DNA from: Lachnospiraceae bacterium
GTDB lineage: Bacteria; Bacillota; Clostridia; Lachnospirales; Lachnospiraceae
NCBI GenBank assembly: GCA_024690205.1
Contig: JAILCX010000070.1
Coordinates: 1-35,705 of the forward strand
Reading direction: 5' to 3'
DNA: 35,705 bases
This document shows, piece by piece, positions 17,698 through 27,104 of this stretch. Each line of letters starts with the position of its first letter. Position 1 is the stretch's first letter. Both the position numbers and the translations under genes were made by a program. Under the pieces are notes generated by a model. It ran no database searches, was not told the origin of the DNA, and worked only from the letters and a program-made list of their open reading frames with translations.

Positions 17698-18471
17698 TCA
17701 GGCCTTGCAGAAGTTTGCTGCTTCCAAAAGATCCAGATTGCCTCCGAATATCTTTAAAGCGCTTCCGATCGTTACATCGATCCTTCCTTCGCCGGAACGC
17801 TTAATTAGATCAATATCGCCAAGATCATGGACGCCACCGGCATATGTTACGGGAATCGGACTTTCCTTAAGTATCGGTAAAAGATCTTTTTCTATGCCTG
17901 CCCTTTTCCCTTCAACATCGGCTGCATGAACAAGGAATTCATCGCAGTGTTTTGAAAGCTCTGACAAAAGATTACCTTCTATCTTTACATCACTTACCTT
18001 CTGCCATCTGTCGGTTGCCACATAATAACCGTCATCACGTCTTTTGCAACTAAGATCAAGGATAAGATGATCTTTCCCGACAGAATCAACCATTCTCATA
18101 AGTGCATTATCATCGATTTTTCCATCCTTGAAGACATAGGATGTTACTATCACATGAGAAGCTCCTGCTTTGATAAACTCAATAGCATTTTGAGGATCGA
18201 TCCCTCCCCCGAGACCCATTCCTCCCGGAAAAGCCTGAAGTGCTCTTAGTGACTCATCCTTTGAATCCGCATACCCCGGGGAGTCTTTTGAATTAAGGAT
18301 TATTATATGTCCGTCGCTAAGGCCTTCTTCTTTATAAAGGAGTGCATAATACGCTGCATCGTTTCCTGAAACAAAGTTCTCTTTTACGTTCTTATCGGTA
18401 TCATTGAGCGATGAGCCCACGATCTGCTTTACCGATCCGTTATGAATATCGATGCAAGGTCTTAATCTCAT
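17698..18471 (-). CDS. hisA: HisA/His6-type (beta/alpha)8 isomerase (eukaryotic-type phosphoribosylformimino-AICAR-P isomerase homolog).
   Basis: MRLRPCIDIHNGSVKQIVG resembles the His6 N-terminal signature. Length 257 aa. The start codon overlaps the fbp stop by 1 nt. No other his genes are nearby. Confidence 0.6.
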   Translation of the reverse strand: MRLRPCIDIHNGSVKQIVGSSLNDTDKNVKENFVSGNDAAYYALLYKEEGLSDGHIIILNSKDSPGYADSKDESLRALQAFPGGMGLGGGIDPQNAIEFIKAGASHVIVTSYVFKDGKIDDNALMRMVDSVGKDHLILDLSCKRRDDGYYVATDRWQKVSDVKIEGNLLSELSKHCDEFLVHAADVEGKRAGIEKDLLPILKESPIPVTYAGGVHDLGDIDLIKRSGEGRIDVTIGSALKIFGGNLDLLEAANFCKA

Positions 18472-20435
18472 CAGTTCTTCTCCACGAGGATACCGTCTCT
18501 GTATGCATCCAGGAGTCTTTCAAGCTGTTTAATGCTGTCCTTTATCTCACAACCGACATCGGTCTGTGAAACCCTTATCCTGCTTGAAGCAACCTCGATC
18601 TGAGTCGTATCCGAGATTATGTCCGTTTCGTTTTTTATCGCTGCTTCCGTTGATTCAAACGGCTCATGCGCAACAAGTCTCATTCCGTGCGAACTGGCTA
18701 CAAGGGTATATCCTGCTATACCGGTCTTTCCCTGATAGGCCTTTGAAAATCCGCCGTCTATTATAAGGAGTTTTCCGTCACATTTAATCGGGCTTTCCCC
18801 CTTCTTAAGCTCAACCGGAACATGGCCATTGACTATATGAGAATTCTTGACATCAAGTCCGAATTCCTTAAGGATCTTGTTTATTATCTCTTCGTTATCG
18901 AGCATGGAATAATAGGGATTCTTAGTCTCCTTGTGAGCTTCGGGATCGTCGATAAAATACCGCTCGAACGTTGTCATCTTATCTTTACCGAACACGGGAG
19001 AATTGGGTCCTGCCCACAGATACCAAAGGTAGTCCTGGGCCTTTCTCATTCCCTTTGTATCATTCTTTTCGTAATAGCCTTTTCTGGCATAATTATCCAG
19101 AGCATCATACAAAGCCTTGCCTTTATACACTTCTCCGCCCACCGTAACAGCCTTGAAGTTTCCGTCCTTATCAAGAGGAACGCATCCGTGATACAAAAGG
19201 TTTGAATTGTGTATCTTATAAAGGCCTCCGTTTGTATAAAGGAACCTTATATGGCGCTGAAGCTTCTCACATTTAAGGAACGCCTGTCGTATCCTCATCA
19301 TCATGTTAAGCTCATCATCAGAAAGCCAGTAAGGATCCTCAGGATCGACAGTCGGAAAATCCGTGTCCTTAAGCTCATATTCCTTACCGTATATCGTTAT
19401 CGTCTTTTTGTCATAGTCTATCTTATCAAGCAACAGGCGGTCATCCATCTCAAACTCAGGATGCCTTTTTATGACCTGGGCTTCGAGCTTGAACTGAAGT
19501 ATTGCTATCGCTTTGTGTATCTTCATATCAAGGCTCAGATCCTTGGTATCGTAATCCGTGTTGTACTTTATCGCAAAGGCGCTGCAATCGGTGTCCTTGT
19601 ATGTCTCCATCGCAAATGTGGCAAGCGGGAGCATGTTAATGCCGTAGCCGTCCTCAAGCGTTGAAAGGTTTCCGTACCTGGTCGCTATACGTATTACCGT
19701 TGCTATGCAGGCAAGATGTCCGCAGGCAGCACCCATCCATACGATATCGTGGTTACCCCACTGGATATCCACCGAATGGTAATTCCTTAACGCTTCCATG
19801 ATAACGTGCGGACCGGGACCTCTGTCATAGATATCTCCGACAATATGAAGATGATCGACAACAAGCCTCTGTATAAGGTTACAGATGGCCACGATAAAGT
19901 CCCTTGCAGAGCCTATCCTTATGATAGTATGTATTATCTCGTTATAATACATTTCCTTATCGGATATATCGCTTCGCTCGGTTATAAGTTCTTCGATAAC
20001 GTAAGCAAACTCTTTGGGAAGTGCTTTTCTTACCTTTGATCTTGTGTATTTCGAAGCTACATGCTTTGTTATCTGGACAAGACGGTGAAGAGTTATCTTG
20101 TACCAGTCTTCAATGTTTTCTTCCGTATTCTCGATGATATCTATCTTTTCTTCGGGATAATAGATAAGTGTTGCAAGCGATCTTCTGTCCCTGTCAGATA
20201 ATGAGTTTCCAAGCTCTTCATCGACCGCTCTTCTTACTGAACCCGAACCGTTCTTTAACACATGGACAAACTGCTCGTATTCACCGTGTATGTCTGTCAG
20301 AAAGTGTTCGGTTCCTTTGGGCAGATTAAGAATGGCCTGCAGATTGATAATCTCAGTGCAGGCCGAAGCAACAGTCGGATATTGTTTTGAAAGACTTTTT
20401 AAATATTTTAGTTCCGTTTCGCTAAAATCTTGCAT
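18471..20435 (-). CDS. fbp: Fructose-1,6-bisphosphatase class 3 (Firmicutes YydE type).
   Basis: 654 aa. Metallophosphoesterase motifs VGDIYDRGP, GNHD and VNGHVP. Length and architecture are characteristic of FBPase class III. Confidence 0.9.
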   Translation of the reverse strand: MQDFSETELKYLKSLSKQYPTVASACTEIINLQAILNLPKGTEHFLTDIHGEYEQFVHVLKNGSGSVRRAVDEELGNSLSDRDRRSLATLIYYPEEKIDIIENTEENIEDWYKITLHRLVQITKHVASKYTRSKVRKALPKEFAYVIEELITERSDISDKEMYYNEIIHTIIRIGSARDFIVAICNLIQRLVVDHLHIVGDIYDRGPGPHVIMEALRNYHSVDIQWGNHDIVWMGAACGHLACIATVIRIATRYGNLSTLEDGYGINMLPLATFAMETYKDTDCSAFAIKYNTDYDTKDLSLDMKIHKAIAILQFKLEAQVIKRHPEFEMDDRLLLDKIDYDKKTITIYGKEYELKDTDFPTVDPEDPYWLSDDELNMMMRIRQAFLKCEKLQRHIRFLYTNGGLYKIHNSNLLYHGCVPLDKDGNFKAVTVGGEVYKGKALYDALDNYARKGYYEKNDTKGMRKAQDYLWYLWAGPNSPVFGKDKMTTFERYFIDDPEAHKETKNPYYSMLDNEEIINKILKEFGLDVKNSHIVNGHVPVELKKGESPIKCDGKLLIIDGGFSKAYQGKTGIAGYTLVASSHGMRLVAHEPFESTEAAIKNETDIISDTTQIEVASSRIRVSQTDVGCEIKDSIKQLERLLDAYRDGILVEKN

Positions 20436-20442
20436 TTGACTC

Positions 20443-21198
20443 CTATCCTATGACATCGGACATATCATACATACCCGGTGCCTTTCCTTTAAGAAAAACT
20501 GCGGCAGCAACGGCGCCCTTTGCAAATACCGCCCTTGAGTATGCGGTATGCGAAAAGGTAACGACTTCATCCGTTCCGGCAAAAATGACATCGTGATCTC
20601 CGACGATAGATCCGCCTCTTACGGCGCTTATTCCTATTTCATTATGAGGACGCTTCTGTCTCCTTTGGCTTCTGTCATAAACATAATCAAACTCCTCATC
20701 AAGCGATGAATTGATGGCATCGGCAAGAGCAAGCGCCGTTCCTGAAGGAGCATCAAGCTTCTGGTTATGATGCTTTTCAACTATCTCTATGTCAAAGCCT
20801 TCGTTTGCAAGCTTGTTGGCTTCCTGCTTCAATACTTTCAAAAGAAGATTTATACCAAGTGACATGTTGGCGCTTCTTAACACCGCGATCTTTTTGGAAG
20901 TCTCTTTGACTTCGTTTAACTGCTCATCGGAAAGTCCCGTCGTGCAAAGCGCTACCGGGAGATTTTTATCTACGCAGTATTTAAGCATACCGTCGACGGC
21001 AGATGCGTTGCTGAAATCAATGACCACATCCGCATCTACATTACAGTCTGTTATTGTCTTAAATACGGGGAAAGGGTTCTTTCCTTCGTCATAAACATCA
21101 ACGCCTGCAACGATCTTTACATCATCCATGCCGTCGATTATCGAAGCTATCATCTTTCCCATACGGCCGTTACAACCGTGCATGATCACATTGGTCAT
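20443..21198 (-). CDS. dapB: 4-hydroxy-tetrahydrodipicolinate reductase.
   Basis: MHGCNGRMGKMI N-terminal NAD(P)-binding motif. EIVEKHHNQKLDAPSGTA conserved DapB motif. Confidence 0.9.
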   Translation of the reverse strand: MTNVIMHGCNGRMGKMIASIIDGMDDVKIVAGVDVYDEGKNPFPVFKTITDCNVDADVVIDFSNASAVDGMLKYCVDKNLPVALCTTGLSDEQLNEVKETSKKIAVLRSANMSLGINLLLKVLKQEANKLANEGFDIEIVEKHHNQKLDAPSGTALALADAINSSLDEEFDYVYDRSQRRQKRPHNEIGISAVRGGSIVGDHDVIFAGTDEVVTFSHTAYSRAVFAKGAVAAAVFLKGKAPGMYDMSDVIG

Positions 21199-21199
21199 A

Positions 21200-22084
21200 T
21201 TAAAGTACCCCGAATTTCTTCATCTCAGCTTCAAGACGCTTTGCGTGATCGTCTTCCATCTGAGTCAAAGGACGTCTCAAAACGCCTGTATCTCTCTTCT
21301 GAAGTTTGATTCCCATCTTTACGGGAATCGGGTTTACTTCGCAGAAAAGTGCATCTATCAAAGGAAGTGCCTTGAGCTGAAGGTCGCACGATTCCTTTGT
21401 CTTTCCTTCGAAATACAAAGAGCAGATGTCGTGTGTCTGCTCGGGAGCTACGATCGAAAGAACTGAAATAACACCCTTTCCTCCAAGTGAAAGGATCGGA
21501 ACTATCTGATCGTCGTTTCCTGAGTAAAGGTCTATCTTTCCATCCGTAAGCTGCATGATCTTTGCAACCTGTGAAATGTTTCCGGATGCTTCCTTAACAC
21601 CTACGATATTGCTGACATTCTTAAAGAGTGTTGCGATCGTATCGGGATTGATGTTTACTCCCGTTCTGCCCTGGATATTGTAAAGGATCATGGGAAGCTT
21701 AACAGAGTCTGCAACCATCGTGAAGTGCTCTATAAGTCCCTTCTGAGTTGCCTTGTTGTAGTAAGGTGAAACAACAAGTATTCCGTCAGCACCTGCCTTT
21801 TCAGCTTCCTGTGAAAGGTAGATAGCTGTCTCTGTGCAGTTTGAACCTGTTCCTGCAACGACCGGAATACGCTTATTTACAACATCGCAACAATGCTTGA
21901 TAACGGCTATATGCTCCTCATGAGACATCGTTGATGCTTCGCCTGTTGTTCCGCATACTATGATCGCATCGGTCTTATGTGCGATCTGATATTCTATCTG
22001 TTCCGTAAAAAGGTCAAAATCTATTGAACCATCCTCTTTGAACGGGGTTGTTATGGCTACGCCTGCGCCTTTAAAGATTGCCAT
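21200..22084 (-). CDS. dapA: 4-hydroxy-tetrahydrodipicolinate synthase.
   Basis: GVAITTPF ... CGTTGE ... YNIQGRTGVNI ... GVKEASG (active-site Lys). AAGGAGGAG RBS. Confidence 0.9.
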   Translation of the reverse strand: MAIFKGAGVAITTPFKEDGSIDFDLFTEQIEYQIAHKTDAIIVCGTTGEASTMSHEEHIAVIKHCCDVVNKRIPVVAGTGSNCTETAIYLSQEAEKAGADGILVVSPYYNKATQKGLIEHFTMVADSVKLPMILYNIQGRTGVNINPDTIATLFKNVSNIVGVKEASGNISQVAKIMQLTDGKIDLYSGNDDQIVPILSLGGKGVISVLSIVAPEQTHDICSLYFEGKTKESCDLQLKALPLIDALFCEVNPIPVKMGIKLQKRDTGVLRRPLTQMEDDHAKRLEAEMKKFGVL

Positions 22085-22135
22085 CTTTCTCCTCCTTAAA
22101 CACTTAAAGGATAAATCATTTTCATGAATAATTTA

Positions 22136-24823
22136 TCACAGTTCACCTAATTGTTCCAGCCTTTTGGAAACCTGTTCCATCATGACCGTATATTTCTGAA
22201 GCTTTTCTTTTTCTTCGTTGATCTTTTCTGCGGGAGCCTTTGAAATGAATTTCTCGTTACCGAGCATTCCGTTAACTCTCTTTAATTCTCCCTCGATCCT
22301 TTCTTTTTCCTTGTTGAGTCTTTCGATCTCTTTTGCGATATCAACAAGCTCAGCAAAAGGAATGTAAAGATCTGCGTTCGGTATGACTACCGAAACGGCA
22401 TCAGAGGCGATCCCGCTCTTATCCTGCTGGATAGTTACATCCGATGCATAAGACAGTGATTCAAAGAACAGCTTTCCTTCGGTAAATGTCTCTATAACAT
22501 CCTGATCCTTTGAAACAACGTAAACGCTTGCTTTTCTTGAAGGAGCAACGTTCATCTCTGTACGAACGTTTCTTATGCCTCTTACAGCTTCCTTTAATAT
22601 CTCTATCCTGCGCTCTTCATTTTCAAATGCCCTATCTTTTGTATACTCGGGCCACTTTGAGATCATTATCGACTCTTCATCGTCCTGTATGGTACAGAAT
22701 ATCTCTTCAGTAACGAAAGGCATATAAGGATGAAGAAGCTTTAAGGCATCCGTAAGTACCGTCTTTGCTGTCCACAGGGCTGCCTTTTTTGACTCCTTAT
22801 CATCGGAATTATAAAGCCTCGGCTTTACCATCTCGATGTACCAGTCACAGAACTCATCCCAGATAAAGTCATAAACCTTTTGAACTGCTATACCAAGCTC
22901 AAATGAATCCATATTTTCCGTAGCTTCTTTTACTACCGTGTTGAGCTTTGAAAGGATCCACTTATCAACAGGCTCCAGTTTTATTTCATTTTGCGACGCC
23001 TTCTTTACCTCTTCGGATAAAGCCTCATCGTTATCAAGGTTCATCATAAGGAATCTTGAAGCATTCCATACCTTGTTAGCGAAGTTTCTTGAAGCTTCCA
23101 CCCTCGACATATAGAATCTCATGTCGTTTCCGGGTGCATTTCCCGTAATGAGCGTAAGTCTTAATGCATCCGCACCGTACTTATCGATGATCTCCAAAGG
23201 ATCGATACCGTTTCCCAAAGACTTTGACATCTTCCGTCCCTGGTCATCCCTTACAAGTCCGTGGAATAAAACCGTATTGAACGGCTTTTGTCCCATATGC
23301 TCAAATCCAGAGAATATCATTCTGATAACCCAAAAGAAGATGATGTCGTATCCCGTTACAAGCACATCAGTCGGATAGAAGTACTCAAGTTCCTTGGTCT
23401 TTTCGGGCCATCCAAGTGTTGAAAAAGGCCACAGCGCCGAACTGAACCATGTATCGAGCGTATCGGGATCCTGTGTGAATGAAGTGCCGCCGCACTTTGG
23501 ACACTTGCCGGGTGCTTCCTTTGAAACAACCGTCTCATGACAGTCGTCACAATAATATGCCGGAATCCTGTGTCCCCACCAAAGCTGTCTTGATATACAC
23601 CAGTCCCTGATGTTATCAGTCCAGTTAAAGTAGGTCTTTTCCATACGCTTGGGTATGAGCTTTATATCACCTTCCTTAACGGCTTTAACTGCAGGCTTTA
23701 TAAGCTCATCCATCTTAACGAACCACTGCTGCTTTATCATGGGTTCGATCGTAGTGCCGCATCTGTCATGTGTTCCTACGTTATGCGTATGATCTTCTAT
23801 CTTTACAAGAAGACCCATTTCATCAAGTTCCTTAACAATGGCCCGTCTTGCTTCATAACGGTCCATGCCCTTGAACTTTCCGCCGTTTTCGTTGATGGTC
23901 GCATCATCGTTTAATACGTTGATCTCGGGCAGGTTATGTCTCTTTCCTACCTCAAAGTCATTGGGATCATGTGCAGGTGTGATCTTAACAACACCCGTAC
24001 CGAATTCCATATCAACATATGAATCCGCAACTATGGGAAGCTCTCTGTTCATAAGAGGAAGCATGAGTTTTTTACCAATGAGATCCTTATACCTGTCATC
24101 ATCGGGATTTACGGCAACAGCAGTATCTCCGAGCATTGTCTCGGGTCTTGTCGTTGCAAACTCGATAAAACGTGTCGTACTTACACTTTCGTCCTCTTCG
24201 ATGAAAGGATATTTGATATGCCAGAAATGTCCGGCCTGTTCTTCATATTCAACTTCGGCATCCGAAATGGATGTATTACATACCGGGCACCAGTTTATAA
24301 TGCGTGAACCTTTGTAGATCCAACCCTTTTCATGCATCTTGCAAAAGACCTCGGTAACGGCCTTGTTGCAGCCCTCATCCATTGTGAAACGCTCTCTGTC
24401 CCAGTCACATGAAGATCCGAGTTTCTTAAGCTGATTGATGATCCTTCCGCCGTACTCTTCTTTCCATGCCCATGCTCTTTCAAGAAACTTGTCCCTGCCA
24501 AGGTCATTCTTATCAATGCCTTCACTCTTTAATGTCTCGATGATCTTTACTTCGGTAGCTATTGAAGCATGGTCCGTTCCGGGCTGCCAAAGGGCATTGT
24601 ATCCCTGCATCCTCTTGTAACGGATAAGGATATCCTGCATCGTATTATCAAGTGCATGACCCATGTGAAGCTGTCCCGTGATGTTCGGGGGCGGGATCAC
24701 GATCGTAAAAGGCTTTTTGCTCTCATCTACTTCCGCATGGAAGTATTTTTTGTCCATCCATTTTTGATAAAGTCGATCCTCTATGTCTTTGGGATCATAA
24801 GTTTTTCCAAGTTCTTTTTTCAT
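22136..24823 (-). CDS. valS: Valine--tRNA ligase.
   Basis: PPPNITGQLHMGHAL (HIGH motif), KMSKSLGN (KMSKS motif), C-terminal coiled-coil tail. 895 aa. Confidence 0.95.
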   Translation of the reverse strand: MKKELGKTYDPKDIEDRLYQKWMDKKYFHAEVDESKKPFTIVIPPPNITGQLHMGHALDNTMQDILIRYKRMQGYNALWQPGTDHASIATEVKIIETLKSEGIDKNDLGRDKFLERAWAWKEEYGGRIINQLKKLGSSCDWDRERFTMDEGCNKAVTEVFCKMHEKGWIYKGSRIINWCPVCNTSISDAEVEYEEQAGHFWHIKYPFIEEDESVSTTRFIEFATTRPETMLGDTAVAVNPDDDRYKDLIGKKLMLPLMNRELPIVADSYVDMEFGTGVVKITPAHDPNDFEVGKRHNLPEINVLNDDATINENGGKFKGMDRYEARRAIVKELDEMGLLVKIEDHTHNVGTHDRCGTTIEPMIKQQWFVKMDELIKPAVKAVKEGDIKLIPKRMEKTYFNWTDNIRDWCISRQLWWGHRIPAYYCDDCHETVVSKEAPGKCPKCGGTSFTQDPDTLDTWFSSALWPFSTLGWPEKTKELEYFYPTDVLVTGYDIIFFWVIRMIFSGFEHMGQKPFNTVLFHGLVRDDQGRKMSKSLGNGIDPLEIIDKYGADALRLTLITGNAPGNDMRFYMSRVEASRNFANKVWNASRFLMMNLDNDEALSEEVKKASQNEIKLEPVDKWILSKLNTVVKEATENMDSFELGIAVQKVYDFIWDEFCDWYIEMVKPRLYNSDDKESKKAALWTAKTVLTDALKLLHPYMPFVTEEIFCTIQDDEESIMISKWPEYTKDRAFENEERRIEILKEAVRGIRNVRTEMNVAPSRKASVYVVSKDQDVIETFTEGKLFFESLSYASDVTIQQDKSGIASDAVSVVIPNADLYIPFAELVDIAKEIERLNKEKERIEGELKRVNGMLGNEKFISKAPAEKINEEKEKLQKYTVMMEQVSKRLEQLGEL

Positions 24824-24879
24824 ACATAACTCCTATATCGTATCCGGCACGCGTCCGGAATAGTTGCTTAATTATTTAC

Positions 24880-24918
24880 CTCAAAACATGAAAAGAGCAG
24901 TTCATCTAAGAACTGCCC
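24880..24918 (-). terminator. Rho-independent terminator of the 91-aa gene, immediately upstream of the valS promoter region.
   Basis: Minus strand reads GCAGTTC-TTAGAT-GAACTGC followed by TCTTTTCATGTTTTG. Confidence 0.5.
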
Positions 24919-24925
24919 GCATTTA

Positions 24926-25201
24926 TTATTCGAAAATCTTGCTTGCATCATCAGGCGGCACCATGATTCTTGCAGCATTCTGTCTGCTCTGGGCCATCTG
25001 ACTTTCAAGTATATCAACGAAGTTCGCCGTTTCACCTTTCTTTAAGGGATTCACGTTAAGGCTCTCATCGGTCAATGCGTTATAGTCCGTAGATGGTTTG
25101 GTAACATCGATCTCCACGGGCTTGACTCGATTGAGACTTGCTTCGCTCAGATAATTGGTATTGTAAATGTAAGGATTACTTCCTATAGCACCAATTCCCA
25201 T
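24926..25201 (-). CDS. Hypothetical 91-aa protein.
   Basis: MGIGAIGSNPYIYNTNYLSEASL... An AAGGAGAAG RBS lies 5 nt upstream and the gene has its own terminator. No recognisable family. Confidence 0.5.
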   Translation of the reverse strand: MGIGAIGSNPYIYNTNYLSEASLNRVKPVEIDVTKPSTDYNALTDESLNVNPLKKGETANFVDILESQMAQSRQNAARIMVPPDDASKIFE

Positions 25202-25249
25202 AGTCTTCTCCTTCTATAGATATGCAGATTATACACCTTTGCAGAATTC

Positions 25250-25289
25250 AAGTCAATGGCAAGTCAATGGGGACGGTTCTCTTTGACTT
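25250..25289 (+). repeat. GGGGACGGTTCTC-core repeat, locus 1. Single arm with a partial duplication.
   Basis: AAGTCAATGGC + AAGTCAATGGGGACGGTTCTCTTTGACTT. The full copy is itself a 7-15-7 inverted repeat (AAGTCAA ... TTGACTT). Confidence 0.7.
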
Positions 25290-25300
25290 ACAGCTGCTTC

Positions 25301-25329
25301 TTGCAAAAATCAGATGCTGTTAGTATGAT
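25301..25329 (+). promoter_or_regulatory. Candidate sigma-A promoter of the O-acylation cluster.
   Basis: TTGCAA (25301-25306), a 17-nt spacer, then TATGAT (25324-25329). Lies ~60 nt upstream of ATG 25389, whose RBS is AGGAGAAAC. Confidence 0.45.
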
Positions 25330-25388
25330 TTAATGTGTAATGTAACCCGACAGGGTACATATATTATTGGAATTAGGAGAAACAAAAC

Positions 25389-26354
25389 ATGATCGCGAAA
25401 ATCTGTAAAAGACGTGTAAAAGAACTCGCTACTCTTATAGCCGTTACGGTTTCGGTTACAGCTTTGAACATTACTTCTTTAGCTGCCCCTGTTGTTATGC
25501 CGGACGGCTCATTTTTTGATGCGGAATACTATGCAGCGAACAACCCTGACGTCGTTGCTGCTTATGGCAGTGATAATGCGGATTTCATGTATGAGCACTA
25601 TATAACATACGGTAAGAAAGAAGGCCGTCTTCCTTATGCCGGTGCGGATAAAACAGTTGCACCGGTTCAGCCTCCCCAATCTTCAACGGTTACCATCCCC
25701 GGGCTTGGCGTTCCCAAGATCCCCAACGGAAGCCGTACCACATCAACTGACGCTTCGGCATATTTTGCAAGAAGCGTGTTCGTAGGCGATTCGGTCCTTG
25801 CCGGATACAGAAACTATCTTGCCAAGCAGAAAAGTTCTCCCGTATCATCGGGAATTTTCCTTGCAGCTGCAAGTTACTCTGCTGCACATGCCCTTAACGA
25901 AAAAGATTCTCTTCACCCCATATACAAAGGAAAGAAACAGCCTGTCTGGACAGCTATATCACAGATGGATGTAGACCGCATATTTATCATGTTCGGAACA
26001 AATGATCTTGTTGTAAAGGATGCCGCCCCTGCTTCCGATGATGTTCTTGCTTTAGTCGACAAGATAAGGCAGTATAACCCCGGCAAGGAGATCCATATAA
26101 TCAGCATGTCACCGGTGTACGCAGGTACAAGCAAGGGGGCTATGAACAACCCGACGATAAAGATATATAATCAGCTCCTTTTGCAGGGTGCAATGGAAAG
26201 AGGTGTATATTACCTGGACCTTAACTCGCACCTTCTTAATTCAAACGGAGATCTGATCCCCAAATACTGTTCGGACCGCTATGTTCACCAGACATATGCT
26301 TCTTATTCGGAAGTCTGGGATCCTTTGTTTACTTCATACGCGTTAGGAGAATAA
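25389..26354 (+). CDS. Secreted SGNH/GDSL-family hydrolase (putative polysaccharide or teichoic-acid O-acetyl esterase/transferase partner).
   Basis: Signal peptide (LATLIAVTVSVTALNITSLAA). SGNH block I is FVGDSVLAG. Block III is MFGTNDL. DxxH candidate is DRYVHQ. Confidence 0.7.
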   Translation: MIAKICKRRVKELATLIAVTVSVTALNITSLAAPVVMPDGSFFDAEYYAANNPDVVAAYGSDNADFMYEHYITYGKKEGRLPYAGADKTVAPVQPPQSSTVTIPGLGVPKIPNGSRTTSTDASAYFARSVFVGDSVLAGYRNYLAKQKSSPVSSGIFLAAASYSAAHALNEKDSLHPIYKGKKQPVWTAISQMDVDRIFIMFGTNDLVVKDAAPASDDVLALVDKIRQYNPGKEIHIISMSPVYAGTSKGAMNNPTIKIYNQLLLQGAMERGVYYLDLNSHLLNSNGDLIPKYCSDRYVHQTYASYSEVWDPLFTSYALGE

Positions 26355-26357
26355 ATC

Positions 26358-27092
26358 ATGAAGAAGTCATTGAGAACCGTCCCCTTTGTCACGTTGGTTA
26401 TGTTGGTGTTGTTGTTAAGCGGATGCCGAAAGGCTGAGGCACCTGCTCAGGAGCCTGTGGCCGCAGTTGAAGAAAAAAAGGCTGATACAGCAGCTGAGAC
26501 ACCCGTACCGACTAAGGCTCCGGTTGTTGAAAAAGAAACCAAGGAAGAAACCGAGGTTAATAAATCCGAAGAAGAAAAAACCGACACTTCCGAACCCGCC
26601 AAAGAAGAGACCGCTGATCAGGCAGAAACAGATAAGGATTCCGCAAAAACAGGATCCGATGATGCAGCAAAGGCTGAAGAAAACAAAGCAGAAGAAAGCC
26701 AAACTAATGCGGTTGCTTTAAAAGATGTATACAACAAGATTGCAGGAAGCGTTGCTCTTCCCGAAATGTATTTTGCGGATGCAGGCTTTTTGATGAACTA
26801 TTACGGTATTGATGCTTCCAAACTTGAAGATTATGTTTTTGCTTCATGCCTTGATTCAACCTCAGCAGACTCCATCATCCTCATGAGATTAAAAGATGAA
26901 TCTTCTGCAGACGAAGTCATCGGTGGCCTTAACATGCTCCTTGAGCAGATGAGCATAGAGCTTGAAAGCTACAATCCCGAAGCCAATGAACTTGTAAAAG
27001 CCGCTAAGGTAAGACGTAACGGCAAAAACATTGACCTCATCATACATAAGGACAGAAACACAATATTGTCTGTCATAGACAGCTCATTATAG
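26358..27092 (+). CDS. Lipoprotein with a long E/K/T-rich low-complexity linker and a DUF4358-like C-terminal domain.
   Basis: Lipobox LLLSGC. The acidic linker spans ~26450-26700. The C-terminal domain (ALKDVYNKI...MYFADAGFLMNYYGID...SIILMRLKD) resembles DUF4358, which is commonly encoded beside MBOAT/DltD-like genes in Clostridia. Confidence 0.55.
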   Translation: MKKSLRTVPFVTLVMLVLLLSGCRKAEAPAQEPVAAVEEKKADTAAETPVPTKAPVVEKETKEETEVNKSEEEKTDTSEPAKEETADQAETDKDSAKTGSDDAAKAEENKAEESQTNAVALKDVYNKIAGSVALPEMYFADAGFLMNYYGIDASKLEDYVFASCLDSTSADSIILMRLKDESSADEVIGGLNMLLEQMSIELESYNPEANELVKAAKVRRNGKNIDLIIHKDRNTILSVIDSSL

Positions 27093-27104
27093 AAAGAAGA
27101 ACCC

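Noticed and set aside
24824-25201. T-box riboswitch leader upstream of valS
   Set aside because: No T-box consensus visible. The space is occupied by a 91-aa ORF with a strong RBS and its own terminator. Still worth checking with cmsearch.
26467-26721. 84-aa ORF (MKKKRLIQQLRHPYRLRL...) and the antisense 26415-26702 ORF
   Set aside because: Frame-shifted or antisense readings of the GAA/AAA-rich linker-coding region of the lipoprotein gene. Low complexity. Spurious.
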